64,000 bases of DNA from Owenia fusiformis (lineage: Eukaryota): positions 17,794,001 to 17,858,000 of the forward strand of contig CAIIXF020000001.1 in the NCBI GenBank assembly GCA_903813345.2. The letters are read 5' to 3'. The notes beneath the pieces were generated by a model. That model had not been told where the DNA came from. It did not search any database and saw only the letters and a program-made list of their open reading frames with translations. Position 1 is the first letter of the stretch. Each line of letters opens with the position of its first letter. The position numbers and the translations under genes were made by a program. This document shows, piece by piece, positions 24,966-38,200 of the stretch.

Positions 24966-27900
24966 TCACTTTTTTAGTGTTTTAATATGTTTTAGAAATG
25001 CCCGTTTAGTTTTTACTTCTTGGAATGTATTTATGTTACCATTGCTCAATTCACGAGTGCTAGGGGCATTTATGCTTGTAGTATCTCCAGGCTTGCTGTC
25101 ATCTGCCTTAAGATTTATAATGTCACTTTCATTCTTAACTTTTGAGGGTGAACATTTCACCTTACCAATGTCCTCACTCTTTTTGGTATTCCCTAACACC
25201 TCTCGGACTAGTTTCTGGTAGGGTGTTTCACTGTCTTCTAGTTTATTGTCTAGGTTGTCACTATCACCTTTATATATCTGGCGAAGAAGCTTGTTTGCTT
25301 CATTAATGACACATTGAATATTCTTTGAATTATGAAGTGTAATTTCAGGAAGTTTGGCACTTGCACGCAGCTCCTCTCTAGTTTTCATACGTTCTGGGAC
25401 AAATTCAGGAGAGTTAACATCAAGTTTTGGTTTATCTTCTTTGATAGAGGAACATGTAGCTGTGCTTGTAAACTCTGACCTAACAGCCTTACATGTACTA
25501 TTTGTTGGAGCAATCTCGTCAGCAGCTCCAGATTGCACTGTCTTATCGATGGTATGTTTGTTAGTTGGAATGTTGATTAGGTTGTCCTGGTTAACACGTG
25601 CAGAGGGCCACAATGGCGGCTGAGCCCAGCTGGTCACCAGTGGGAATGGTGGTGGTGGCGGCAATGGCTGCTGTTGCTGCTGTATCACATTCATATGTTG
25701 CATCTGACTCGAATAGCTGGGTACCTTTGAGCGGATGGTGGTCAAGTTATTTGACAGTTGTGTGTTCCACTGTGTGGGTGGAGGGCAGTTTGGTGGCGGT
25801 GGTGGCATATTGAGGCGAGGACAACATGCCATAGTAGGATTATGTTGGGGAGGCAGAAGATATGGGTTCTGTATGTGTTGTAGATTCGGTAGTGATGGTG
25901 GGGCAACATCCAACATGGCTATCTGCTGCAGTTCTCTCTGTTGAATCATCATCGGTGGTGGCTGTGAGAGTATGGGTGGCGGAGCTGGTATTATATAAGG
26001 GTTCACCTCCATTTGCTGATGAGGCTGTCTGTTATTTGGCATTTGTAACTGCCTTGGTTTGTTCATGTTATATACTGGTGTCAGAAACCGATGTTGTTGG
26101 TTAACTGTTGCAACGTTGCTTGTGTTGACTATCTGCTTTGTAGAATCTGCATTTGGTATGTTTTCCCAAAGGCCCCAACGGTTTGGCTGTACCCTGACTT
26201 GATCATTTCGTCCATCGGTCATTGAGACACCATGCGCCAAACCAACTCTGCTTACACCACAATCGTTTGGCAAATGACTTGTACTGTCAATAGGTGGTAA
26301 AACGTCATATTTTGCATTTGGAAACTGGGAGATATTACCTTGTGTAATATGACTACGAGAACTAGGAACATGAGAGTATTGACCTTGGGAACTCTGACCA
26401 TGTGAATTTGATGCGTGGGAAAAGTGTCCTTGGAAACGTTGACTCTGTGGATTGGAAATCTGTGAGAAGTGACTTTGTGAGTTTTGAGCTTGAGGATTTG
26501 GGGCTTGTGATATTTTAACCGGTACACGAATATTAAGAATGTTTGGGGCTCGAAACTCCGTAGCATTTGGATTTACCGTTTCATCTTTGGCTTCGCAGAC
26601 TTTCCAGTCGTTCACCTGAAAGTCAATACATTACATTTATGCGTGTATATTTTTAGTTACCACTTTAACCGAACGCAGAGCTTCAGACATCATCCACCTT
26701 GAACTTCCCTGGACGAAGGATCAGTCGATGATGCCTCTAACCCTGCGTTTGGCGGATGGACATCCGTGACATCTAAACAAAACTTGCAATGTATTATGTT
26801 GAATATGTTAGCATTGTTTTGATACGAGTTATTACATATTCATCATCTCTGGATAACTTTTAACATTAGATTTCTAAACATGCATGTACCTTATTGGGTG
26901 CCATATGGTTGGCTCGGTCTTTTGTTATATGTTTGTGGAGCTGTTCCTTCATCCGCATTCTGAAAAGTAATAATTAAAGTACCGTATTTTCAATAACTTC
27001 GTATACTATGTGGTTTATTTCAATTTTCGAAAATGCCTTCCTCAACTATTTGAAGTTACCTGGTTGCCTTATAACCTCTGACTTTTGAATTTGATTCTTG
27101 AACGCACGATTGGTAAATGTCCGGGTCGGATATAGACGTGTAGCTCGCAGACTGCTTGGCTATTTTGTGCTCGCTAGGAGCTCCATCGGGGGCTTCTCGT
27201 GACATTCCGGGTAATATGCAAGTCCTCGTACATTCAGTATCTTCAACGTTTGAGGCCTGTTGCACTGCATAATTACATTCATCACGTTGTTGCTGAGGGG
27301 AGGTTTCTGGCCATATTGGGCTGTCTTCGGACCATTCATTCTGATTGAGTAGGGGCCATTCGGCAGTGTCACCAAGCTACAGACACGATGAAATGAAAGT
27401 GATTCTTATAATAATATTTCGGTCGGCTAAAAACGTTAAAAAGGTGGCACGGAATCGACATATAATGTGCGTAAGCTTGGTTTACCCGATGAAGGACACT
27501 TACCATGTTTCGTCCTTGGTTCATAATGGTTGGTATGGCGGCCCCATCATCGTCATGTATCATGTCATCACTGCAATCGTCTGTACTCCAAGAGACCGAA
27601 TAACCATAACCGCCGGGATCGTTCTGTGTAGTTTGAACTGGAGAATCGTTTGTAACAACGTCGATGCGTTCAGCAATTGGGCTACTACTGACTTCTTCGT
27701 CGTTCATCGTTTCATCTTTATCAGTACCAATGTTAATGGTTTTATCACTTAGATTGGAGTCATGGTTGGTCAGTGAAAGTGTACACGAATCATTTGTGAC
27801 AAAGGAATGTTTAGTCTCCAAACATGGAGGACTATCTAATATTTCTTTTGCTTTTAGTATTCTATCAAATTCAAATACCTCTTGTTTTGGAGAGATTTTG

Positions 27901-29785
27901 TTTGGATTACCAAAGCTGAAATCCAAATCTATAGAGTCATTTCCTGACCACATGCATTTGCCATTAGGTCTACCAATAGGAGGTAAAGATTTTGCGCGAT
28001 GTTGCCTCCATATTGTTCTTACGTCCTCGCTTAGAAGAATGTTGAAGGCCTTATCTGACTTGCTATCTTCTCTCAGCAGCCTGAGTATATTTGAAAATTG
28101 AACTTCCATAGCATCTGATTCATTGTTTGATGTGAACGAAGTATCTGCATCATCGGGAATGGTAACGGATGGCTCACTATCTAAGGACTTCAGAAACATC
28201 CTGCAGTACGATTAAATTGTCAATTATTTTTTGTTGGATAAATTGTGGAAAAGCCGTTATAAAACTCAATTCAGTTGACGATTTAACGAAGAATCGAACC
28301 TCCCCGTACCATTTTATTATGACCACAGACAAAAACTGATTTAAACATGCATAGTGGATGCAGATTAGTGTTTTTTAACCTTATGTATTTCATGATGTGA
28401 TTTCATGTTGTCTTTCCTAACTAAATTGTGGACATTTCTGTCACATTAGAAATTTTTTTTAATTTTGTTTAATTTGTGTTTCAAGCTACCTGTATTTCAT
28501 TGTGTGTTGCTCCAGAAGATTGCTTATATCGTCCACATTGAGAAATAAGTTCTGCTCGACCGATTCTTTCGGGACATGGTGTAGGCTAGGTAGATGTAAC
28601 GATGGTAACAGTACCTTACCAAAATACCTTGAAAAAGAAGGAAGTTTGAAAATAAATGTGACGCGTTGAAGAGTTGTAGTTGAACCGATTGTTATAGGAA
28701 TATACAATACAATGCGTATAGAAAGGGGGGGGTGAAGATGCAGTGATATATGAGCCAGGCCACAGGAAAAGGGGTCTTATCACAGAAAAACGAAAATACA
28801 CACTATGGTGGAGCTGCCGGTTAGCTGCTGTCAATTGACCCCCTAGCTGCATTAGGGTTACTAATCATAAATATTGGTAATACAAACGAACTGCATAAAG
28901 TGCATACCGGTTATATATTTTTGTAAGTCTATAAGCCTACTTACAATCTTGGATCGAACGGACAATTGTGTTCCTCAAAATCTTTATGGTGTGCACCTGG
29001 TCGCCCATAACCCACTGTTTTCAATGCATCGTGGTATAGATTTTTGACCTGGATTGAAATTCATTTGCACATGTCATGTCAATAGATCAACTGAAAGTCG
29101 CACGAAATCAAAGACTATTTATATTGAAAAAGGGAAGAGCTTACCTTAGGAGTATCTGATATTTGATCCAAGATATGTGTACACGATTCACTTGCACACT
29201 TCCCTTCATTAGTGAATCTGAATGCAGAAACATGGTATTATCGCGTTGCCAATGTGGAATATAGTAAAGCATGAAATTCACTTATAGCAGTCATCAAAGT
29301 CAATGATTTATCTCTCTAATGGAGTTGTGTTTTATATGTCTCTGTTCAAAACCAGTAAATGTTTAAAATATCCCTTCTGGAGCAAAACGTTGTACTCACA
29401 TAATGTGGTGGTCAGAGATACTGTCCAACAAGCTCTTCGTTGCTTCGCTACTCTCTTCCTTAAGAACCGAGTTTATTGCTGGATGAAGAAAGAATTCATA
29501 TCCTTGTGGTTGTCTCTTATTAGGGGTAAACTGTATGTGCGATAAAAGGTCTTTTATTGAAGTATTCCTGAGAGCATTAATACTTTTATTGTTTTCGAGA
29601 AATATATGTTTCACCGTTTGATCAAATCTATCCACTTTTGTTTTCCAAAATGCATTGATTAACGTATGGATGATTGCACCGTTGTCTTGCGGATGATGTG
29701 ATGTTGCCTTGGTATCTGTTCGACATTCAGTCGGTTCGTTGTTGAGATTTTGTGGTATAATAACTTCTCCATGATGGGGTGACAT
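24966..29785 (-). CDS. Uncharacterised multi-exon protein: apparently folded N-terminal part, acidic middle, long Q/P/S-rich low-complexity C-terminus with two PAM2-like motifs
   Basis: Phase-consistent exon chain 29785-29400, 29217-29145, 29048-28945, 28585-28490, 28200-27504, 27376-27060, 26959-26890, 26615-24966. It includes the 549-aa and 276-aa ORFs. Family not recognised; start codon uncertain. Confidence 0.72.
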
Positions 29786-30448
29786 GTCTCTTCATTTCTT
29801 AGCAGCATCAGGCCGTGTACGTTGATCAACCCCATTTGAAATAGGTAATCGTACACCTGTAATTACACTGTGACGTTGTACAGTGTGTTGTCATTGTTAC
29901 ATGTAATATTTACAGGTGTGCCAAATTGGGCGTGCCTTTATCTTCTGTGGTAGGCTCATTTAAAAATTAGCTTTCATCAACTGTGTATACGCAAAACAAT
30001 GTCTATTGCGGTCTTCAGTTTGTTACCACAACCCTGAAATGCGACTTTGTTGCGCCTGGACAATCTTGAAAATGGAACTTGGTTTTATTGTAAACTCTTA
30101 TGGGATTTTCTAGATTCATGGGATGCGAGTGGTTTAGTATTCCAAGATAGGGCCTAATCTGAATACCATGTAACGGGTTTACCAAAGGATTCGAGCCCAA
30201 GGCCCAAGATCAGAAAGCAGCATTTTGAAAATCACATTCTGTTTTATTGGCCACCAGCCGACATATCTTATTTTGATTCAGGACTGTCACCCCGGGAATG
30301 TGACATCAGGCCTGATTGAAAAGAACAATTCTTGGTAATGGAATGGCCCAGAAGATAAATCCTAGCCAAGAATTGCACCAACGTTTCCAAAGAATCCTAG
30401 AGAACCCTCCAACTTGACTATGCAGGGGCGGATCTTGGAACCAACAAT

Positions 30449-30479
<31 letters not shown>

Positions 30480-30849
30480 GGGGGGGGGGAATTTCAATTT
30501 TGATAAAAAAAATTCGGTCCCTAAAACCAAAAAATGGGCAAAAATTTGAAAATCTAAGGCCCATTTTCTTCAAAAGGCCTGAAATTAAAAATAAGGACTT
30601 AAAAAGGCCTTTTAATCCCCCAAAATACCCACTTTTTGAGGCCTTAAGTCAAATCAGTTTTTGGGCCCCAGATCAACCAGTGCTATTATATCATTTGGTT
30701 AGGTCGGGACAACACATCTTCAGGTCACTGTAACATGTACACAGTGCCATACATCTTTTTTAATGATAAACAAGTTGGTATCGCTCTTCAAACTTTAATA
30801 CAAGCAGATACATACACGACCAGTGAAGTCTCTAATTACTTGATGCGAA

Positions 30850-33800
30850 ATGGCCGAGAATAGGACATTCGCTGATCTATATCGTTACAAACAAAAGGTT
30901 ATAAAGGGACACCTATTTCCAAGCTTTACAGACTTCAAGGCAATAGAAGAAATGGACAAATTGGAGATTCGAAGTGATGACATTTTGATCAGTTCATATC
31001 CTCGGTCGGGTAAGTATAACGAAGGTATAAAGGGAGGCTGCTTATAATCTTGCTAAAATCTATAGCTATATGGATCTATTTGGTGCATATGGTGGAGCCG
31101 CCAGGCCAATGGCAGGTTCCCATTGAATCATCGAGTCGAGTTACCTTTTCATTTTTTTCCAGGAACACACTGGGCTGTTGAATTAGTAGATATAATACGC
31201 AGAGATGGAGACATTGAGAGCGGAAGCCACATCCATATACACGACAAGTTTAGATGGCTCGAAATACCCAGAGAATGTGAGTGCCAAGAGGCAAAAGGGA
31301 GTCTTCCAGATAAATACATAGATTTTATTCAGAATTCACAGGCGAATCTGGGGGACAGATGGCATTAATTTGGGACCTCGATTTCACAATATTGCATATG
31401 GTCAACTTTTGGAAGGAATACACCAATTTGAAAAACTGGTGCAAAATTTCCTAAAGATTTTCCATGCTAGAAAGGAATTTCAAGCTTTTTACCCTTCCCT
31501 TTAAATGGTCACGTCAGATCAATTACTGGTGGTTTTCCTGCCTTTAATGGTTTCTATTTGAGATAAATACATTTACATCACTTCCCCAATTTGTAACACG
31601 AGATCGAAATGTGTGTATTTCTTCTAGTCATAATTTAAAGGCAACAATATACGTTGATGAAATACGTACATCGAACATGTAAGGTTCGGGTCAATGCTGA
31701 CAGAACATCACAATATGTTTCATAAATGATCGGTATGGATGGGGGCAAAAAAGCTTAAATCCCTTCACAGCACGAAAAAACTATTTTTAAGAGAATTTGA
31801 CCTGAAATCTAGGTCCAACTTTGGCCAACTCAATATATATCTATATCCTCGCTGATGACATAAGTACAACGAACATGTACAGTACTGTTCACGTCAACCC
31901 TGACACAATCACCATGTTTCTCATGAAATGATCAATCTGATCAATGACGCTTTAATTTTGTATATACTATTTTCAAGATCTTAAAGGCGGTGTAAGTTTA
32001 GCTGATTTTGAAGGAGTTGGTAGTCCGATAACTGATGCTGCTGCGATGCCGTCTCCAAGATTACTAGTAACTCACATGGGGTATGACTTACTCCCTGAGG
32101 AAGCAAAGCAAGGAAGGTGTAAGGTGATGCTTATTTTCAAACTCAATTTTCATACTGTCGATTTTGAAGCGCCTGTTTAGTATATACTACAGGGTGCTCC
32201 ATATGTGCAGTACAATGTCTATTGTATGCAGGTAGTCAGCCTTTGATGGGTAATTATGAAATAATGGTTTTGTTTCAATCATCAAATGATCTTCTGTTTT
32301 AGACCATAGTTGTCTTCCGGAATCCCAAATCTGCACTTGTCAGTCACATGCACCTCCTCAATTCTTTCTCAGCTGCGTACAAATCTCTCTTCAATATGGA
32401 TATTATGCTAAATGGAGAGCTCACGGAAACAAATGACAAAAGTAAGCATAATTAGTCTATATAATTTAGTGAAAACTAACGTGGAACACCTTGAAGTGGA
32501 ACATCTGTAATTGGAATGCAGAGTCCCAAGACCAATATACTTAATGTTAAGTGAACCTCTATAAGTAGAACACCTCCAAATGGAACACATTCTGTTGGAT
32601 ACCAACAGTGTTTACTCAAACATGTTTTACTGTCCATCAATGTCCACATCCACGGTTAATTTTATTATCCTTTTTGACACAATCAGACAATATGTTGTAT
32701 TTCTGATCATGGTCTGTATATAAAATTATATATTGTTGTAAAAATGCATCGTTTATCATTTGTAACTGTCAGATTACTCTGTTAAGCGGCGTGGGGAACT
32801 TGGTTTAACTTTGTGAAAGGATGGTGCTCCAACAAAGACAGGCTACGAAAATACGTTCTGTTTATTAGATATGAAGAAATGGTGAAGGTAACACTATTAT
32901 TCGTTCATTGAGCGTTACCCGCACCTTGTTCTGTTCATTGTACAATCAAGGAAAAATCAAATTGAAATATAGTTTAATTTCACCGTTTTCCTGATTTTCT
33001 CGTTTTAATCCAAGTTAATGGGACAACAGTCTTTAGGAAACACCAACCCCATCATAAAGTGAAAAATGACAGTAAACAATATCTATTGTTTTAGGACATG
33101 GCTAAAGTTGTGAGAGATGTAGCAACATTTCTAGACAAGAGTCTCACCGAAGAGAAAGTGCAAACAATAGTTGATCACTTGTCATTTGGGAATATGAAGA
33201 AGAATCCCAGCACAGGTGATGCCTTCCAGCATATGAAGAAATCTGTCGGTAGTGATGGTGACACTCCACATATGAGAAAGGGTAGGATATTGCATTTACA
33301 TTTATTTAAACAAAACAACAACATTGCTGGGAATATTTCATATCATGGTGTTTCATTAATTCTAAGATAAGGATTCATTGCTCGGATTATATTGAATACC
33401 AAGACTCAAACACCTATAACTGGTATCCCTAATCTTGCAATGGAGATGTTGAAGTTTTGGATATTCAAAAACATACCGAGGCCTTACACACAAGCTCAAT
33501 ATACAGGAGAATATACAGGGTCGGCCAAATGTGTGACCCTTATAATAGAAGTATACTAGGATAATTGTGAGGCATGCCATATTGTTAATTATTAAAGCAA
33601 TGGAATTCTATATAATAATAAAATAATTGAAAATTTCATTGTAATTACTATAATTCACAATAGGCCTATTAAGCATTAATGAAACACCCTTTTCGATTTC
33701 ATTTTCTAATCTATAATATTATTGGCTGCCATTCTGTTAAATGTAAGATTTTCTACTTTTGAAACATTGCTACACACTATAAACTGATTTACTTTGATGT

Positions 33801-33924
33801 GTTTTAAACTACAGGCAAAATTGATGACTGGAAAAAGTACATGACTGTGAAACAAAGTGAGAGATTAGATGCCTACTTTGGAAATACTCTGGAAAATATG
33901 GGACTACACTTTCAATATGAATAA
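30850..33924 (+). CDS. Cytosolic (SULT1-like) sulfotransferase, 7 coding exons
   Basis: Exons 30850-31009, 31163-31276, 31978-32123, 32303-32441, 32787-32887, 33095-33281, 33815-33924. 5'-PSB YPRSGTHW, SPRLLVTH (catalytic His), RNPKSALVS (3'-PB), RYEEM, RKGKIDDWK, and KxxxTVxxxE dimerisation motif (KKYMTVKQSE). Confidence 0.9.
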
Positions 33925-33998
33925 ACATAGCATAGTATGTGAGATCAAAAAAATGGTGACATATGGTGAAACATACAGACTCTGAAACATATAGACTG

Positions 33999-34656
33999 TG
34001 TCCTTGTAGGAATTTAATCTTCAAAATGGCACAATTTGAACAAAATAAAGATCGAGCTTATCTTGCATTTATCTCAATTATGACAAAAATGTAAATTAAT
34101 TTTTACCCAAATATGAAATAAATGTTTAACTGAAAAATGAAAGGATTTGTACATTGCTCATAAAATTCAACACATTTAAGACTTTACTACATGTATATAG
34201 ATATAACCTCCAGCCAGATTTTGTCAAGGGTGGTAGAGCTCATTTTTTCTAATTTCTCAGATTGGAGGATGGGGCAAAGTTAGTAAATCAGATTCCTTTA
34301 GGATATACAGTAAAACCTGTATATATCTATGTATATGTCCTTGTAGGAATTTAATCTTCAAAATGGCACAATTTGAACAAAATAAAGATCGAGCTCATCT
34401 TGCATTTATCTCAATTATGACAAAAGTGGAAATCAATTTTTACCCAAATATGAAATATATGTTTAACTGAAAAATGAAAGGATTTGTACATTGCTCATAA
34501 AATTCAACACATTTAAGACTTTAAATATAGATATAACCTCCAGCCAGATTTTGTCAAGGGTGGTAGAGCTCATTTTTTCTAATTTCTCAGATTGGAGGAT
34601 GGGGCAAAGTTAGTAAATCAGATTCCTTTAGGACATACAGTAAAACCTGTATATAT
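33999..34656. repeat. Tandem duplication of about 330 bp downstream of the SULT stop codon
   Basis: TGTCCTTGTAGGAATTTAATC...CAGTAAAACCTGTATATAT occurs at 33999-34326 and 34336-34656. Confidence 0.9.
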
Positions 34657-35666
34657 TGAACATTTTTTGCCAACATTCATTGTTTGTAGGTGTTCACTAC
34701 AGAGGTAAGAGGGTAATTTATACAGAAGTCAGAAGAGTATGTACTGAGGATGGGTGTATACTAGAAGCGGGTGTTCACTATGACAGGTTTTACTGATCTT
34801 AGATGTTGGAATACATGGCTTGATATCTCTCAGTCTCATGCCCTTTGACTTAAGTGGAGATAAAACAGAATACATTTCATTTGGTCCTTGAATATTTACA
34901 TTTTATTCCACTTAACATATTTTATACAGGTTATCATGAAGGCCTATGTTACACCTGAGAAAGTGTAAATACATGAACAGACTAACAATATATGTACTGT
35001 GATTGTAGTCTTGTATCAAGACTATTGCCCAATTCCCACTACACTTACATTCAAAGTAATTGATACAATATGATCATAATGTTGCCCCTGACAAACAGCA
35101 GACTTAAATGGGGTGAGTAAAAATAATTCAGACAAATCTTGAGAATGCAACAAGTCTTCAATTTTCATTATGTACAAATTTAAACATTAAGACATTTGCA
35201 AAAATATTACAGGATACCCCTCTAACCCATGCATATGCTACAAATACACACCTATTTGTGAACATTAACTACAATTCTGCTGAATCTAATGAGCTTTAGG
35301 CTAGTCTACATGTTTACTTCATGATCAAATATATTTCATGTGGATGAAACGGCTATTGAAATGAATGTGATGATATTACAGACGTATTACAAGTGACCAA
35401 GTTAAAACATCCACCGAAGGAATATTATAAATATGAGAATGTGTTGTCTGACTAAATAATGAATAAGTCATCAAAATAACATGAACAAATATAATCATAA
35501 AGCCTCTGTGCATTCTAATATTCTGTCTTGAAGCTTTTCACCTGTAAGGTTATGTTTGTAGTTCTTCTGCAACATCACATTGTTAAAAATTCATAAACAC
35601 CGGGGTAAACTTCAAAAGTTACAAAGTTAATGATGCCACTGCTAGATTGCTTATTCTCAAAAATAT

Positions 35667-35979
35667 TATAAGTTATTGAATGATTTGAAGTGCAATACAG
35701 GATATATTCTGTTCGAGAAATTCCGTTTTGGAACGAGACGAAGTCGAGTGCCAATACAGAATATCGAGACAGAATATATCCTGTATTGCACTTCAAATCA
35801 TTCAATAACATTTTTATTGTGTGATCCTCTGTATTGCTTCTGAGATTGTCCCCTCCGTACCAATATTTTCTGCATTGCGACGGAGATGATCAACGGGGAC
35901 AATCTCAGTATGCAATACAGATTGGTACAGCTCAAGAACTGACCAATCAGAAGGCTTCATTTTACAGATCATACGATAA
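35667..35979. repeat. Interspersed repeat of about 310 bp with an internal hairpin (copy 2)
   Basis: Direct homologue of 23658-23971. Confidence 0.8.
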
Positions 35980-37140
35980 TGTAAATTACGATTCCTTAAT
36001 TTTTTTCAATAAGCCACAGTACTGTTATGAAAGGTGAAGATGTATTCCTGGGTAATAATTGAAAATATTATGAAAGACAGCTTCCTGATGAGTTCAAGTT
36101 CAGGAACAATGTATTCTTATAATGTTGATTGATTTTCATATTGACGTATATTTTAGTCTGAACATAAAAACCCTACTAGTATTTACAAATTCATGCATTT
36201 AACAGTTAAGAGTTCATAATTCGTCAATTCTTAATTGTAACATTGATCCAGGTTTTCTGTGTATAAGTATCCTCTATTTGAGCGATTTGTTTCACTCTTC
36301 ATTTAAGAAATAAGATGTCCCATCGTGTTTGTTTTAAACAACATTGCTGCACTGAGTCACTGAGTGTCTTTATTGGTGGTATGTGTCAGAAACCTGGAAG
36401 AATACAACACAATACAAAGCTTATTGTAAATCAAATCTCACAAATATCTACCAGGAAATGAAAGCCTGTGAGTGGGTGTAATGTTGAGTTAATGATATGA
36501 TACAATATAGTAACAGTTGAACAGTAGATGGATGATGTCAAACTAGAAAAGCAGCAACTTCAGGAAGTGGCATCTTAAAAATCTGAAAATGTATTTTTTA
36601 CAAAAATGGTGGCCATTTTGAACAGTCATTTTGGAATATTCTTCTCAACAGAAGTCTGGCATTTTTGTCACAAAAATGGTGACCTTTTTGTTGAATTCAA
36701 TAGGCATCTTGAACATTTCTTAACTAGAGGTCCCTAAGGCATAAGCAGCTGTGGACATATATTATAGTTAATTTCATGATGGTTGATTTGTTGTTCACTT
36801 GAATATTCACAAAATCAACACGTTTTGCCAAAAATAATCATTTACCCTCCCTCCTAATGACGTTAACTGTTCTTCCGCACATGTTGATAATTATTCATTG
36901 ATAGCATCCTTTGGAGAGTAAATCACCATATCAATGTTGCATTTTGTTTATATGTAGAGGGGGAAAGCCCGATTTATTTGCCACTTTTACTCATTTCACT
37001 ATAGCAATCACAGAAGTCAGTAATTTAGGAAAGTGGTTCGTATGAGACAAAGTAACTTTGTCATTACCAACTATATGGATATTTTATATATATAATCTCT
37101 TGTGTTTATCACATATACTAGTGGTAATAAGATTGTGTAC

Positions 37141-37598
37141 CTAAACTTCTTTCAGATCTTGTGGTAATTCAGCTTTGGGATGTTTGTTTTCAAAATGTTG
37201 TTTGTAAGTTTTTAGGTCAGGCATCTGAGACTGCAAAAATCAGAAAACATGTATTACATTACAAATTGTATGATCATTGTATATTGGTACAATTGTGCAT
37301 TCTATAAAAGCATTCTTATTTAATTTTGAATTGGACCCATACTGAAGAGTTTCTTTCAGCTTGAACAAACTAAAAAAATAAACCAAAAACAAAAAGTAGC
37401 CAAAAATTATATTCATAATTAATTGATCAATGGGATCTGAATGGACATTTAAAAAAAACTTACCTTGCAAACTTTACATGAAATCGTTAAGGCTTTTTGT
37501 GCGGCCTTCCTCTGGTCTGGTCCAGAAGCCTTCTTCCTTTTGGCAGCAGCCTCTTGTGCTTTCTGTTGAGATTGAATCTTTTGCTGACCTCGAGCCAT
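37141..37598 (-). CDS. ZNF706: Zinc finger protein 706 (4F5/SERF-like N-terminus plus C2H2 finger)
   Basis: Exon 37598-37464 (MARGQQKIQSQQKAQ...ISCKVCK) and exon 37230-37141 (SQMPDLKTYKQHFENKHPK...EV*). Non-coding exons likely flank both sides. Confidence 0.93.
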
Positions 37599-38093
37599 GA
37601 CTACCTGTATATTCATAATAAAATTAAGCCTATGCATAAGTGATATAGGAGGAAATATGGATCAACATTAATCACTTCAGCAGCTCTTGGGAATTAATCT
37701 GAAATGGGTGATACTATTGGGCTGTCAACTCAAATTTCCCGGAAATTACAAGAAAATGTTGTGATCTGATTGGGGGCCCCTAGTATTGGACTGGATAATT
37801 GAGGTGATGGGCACCAAACTGAGTTGACAGGTAAACAGAAAATGAAACGGCAGCGCTCAAACTGTGATGGTGGGTACCAACTTAGACTGTATCCTTCGTC
37901 TGAATAAATTCAGACTGTAAGTCACCTATTGTAAAATGTGGTGTTGTATAAATGTTACAAATAAGTTTGCTTAATGATAAAATGATTACCTTATAAAGAA
38001 CTTACAATATTAATTATTCGTATATTGTCCTCTTACTGAAGATATTCATAAAATGTACAGACGCTTCTTGTAGCGAAGCCATTGATTAGGTCA

Positions 38094-38200
38094 AGCCATT
38101 TTGGCAATGCCTATTCTCACGATAAACGAGATTTAGCTAGTGACGTCAGTCTATTTGTAAACAAATAACACGTGGAGCGGACAGAGCAACATTACGGAAG
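38094..38200 (-). promoter_or_regulatory. Probable ZNF706 promoter: YY1-like, CRE, E-box and ETS motifs
   Basis: GCCATTTT (38095), TGACGTCA (38141), CACGTG (38169) and CGGAAG (38195) are clustered just upstream of a minus-strand donor site at about 37989. Confidence 0.45.

Noticed and set aside
25033-26104. Plus-strand ORFs overlapping the 549-aa ORF
   Set aside because: They are antisense shadows of a low-complexity coding exon.
26660-26772. Possible extra exon in the orphan gene
   Set aside because: No donor/acceptor combination keeps the frame between the flanking phase-0 junctions, and direct splicing from 26890 to 26615 works.
30423-30500. Long poly-G tract as a G-quadruplex regulatory element or polyproline ORF
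   Set aside because: It follows CAGGGGCGGATC, which looks like a transposon end, and homopolymer length is unreliable in assemblies.
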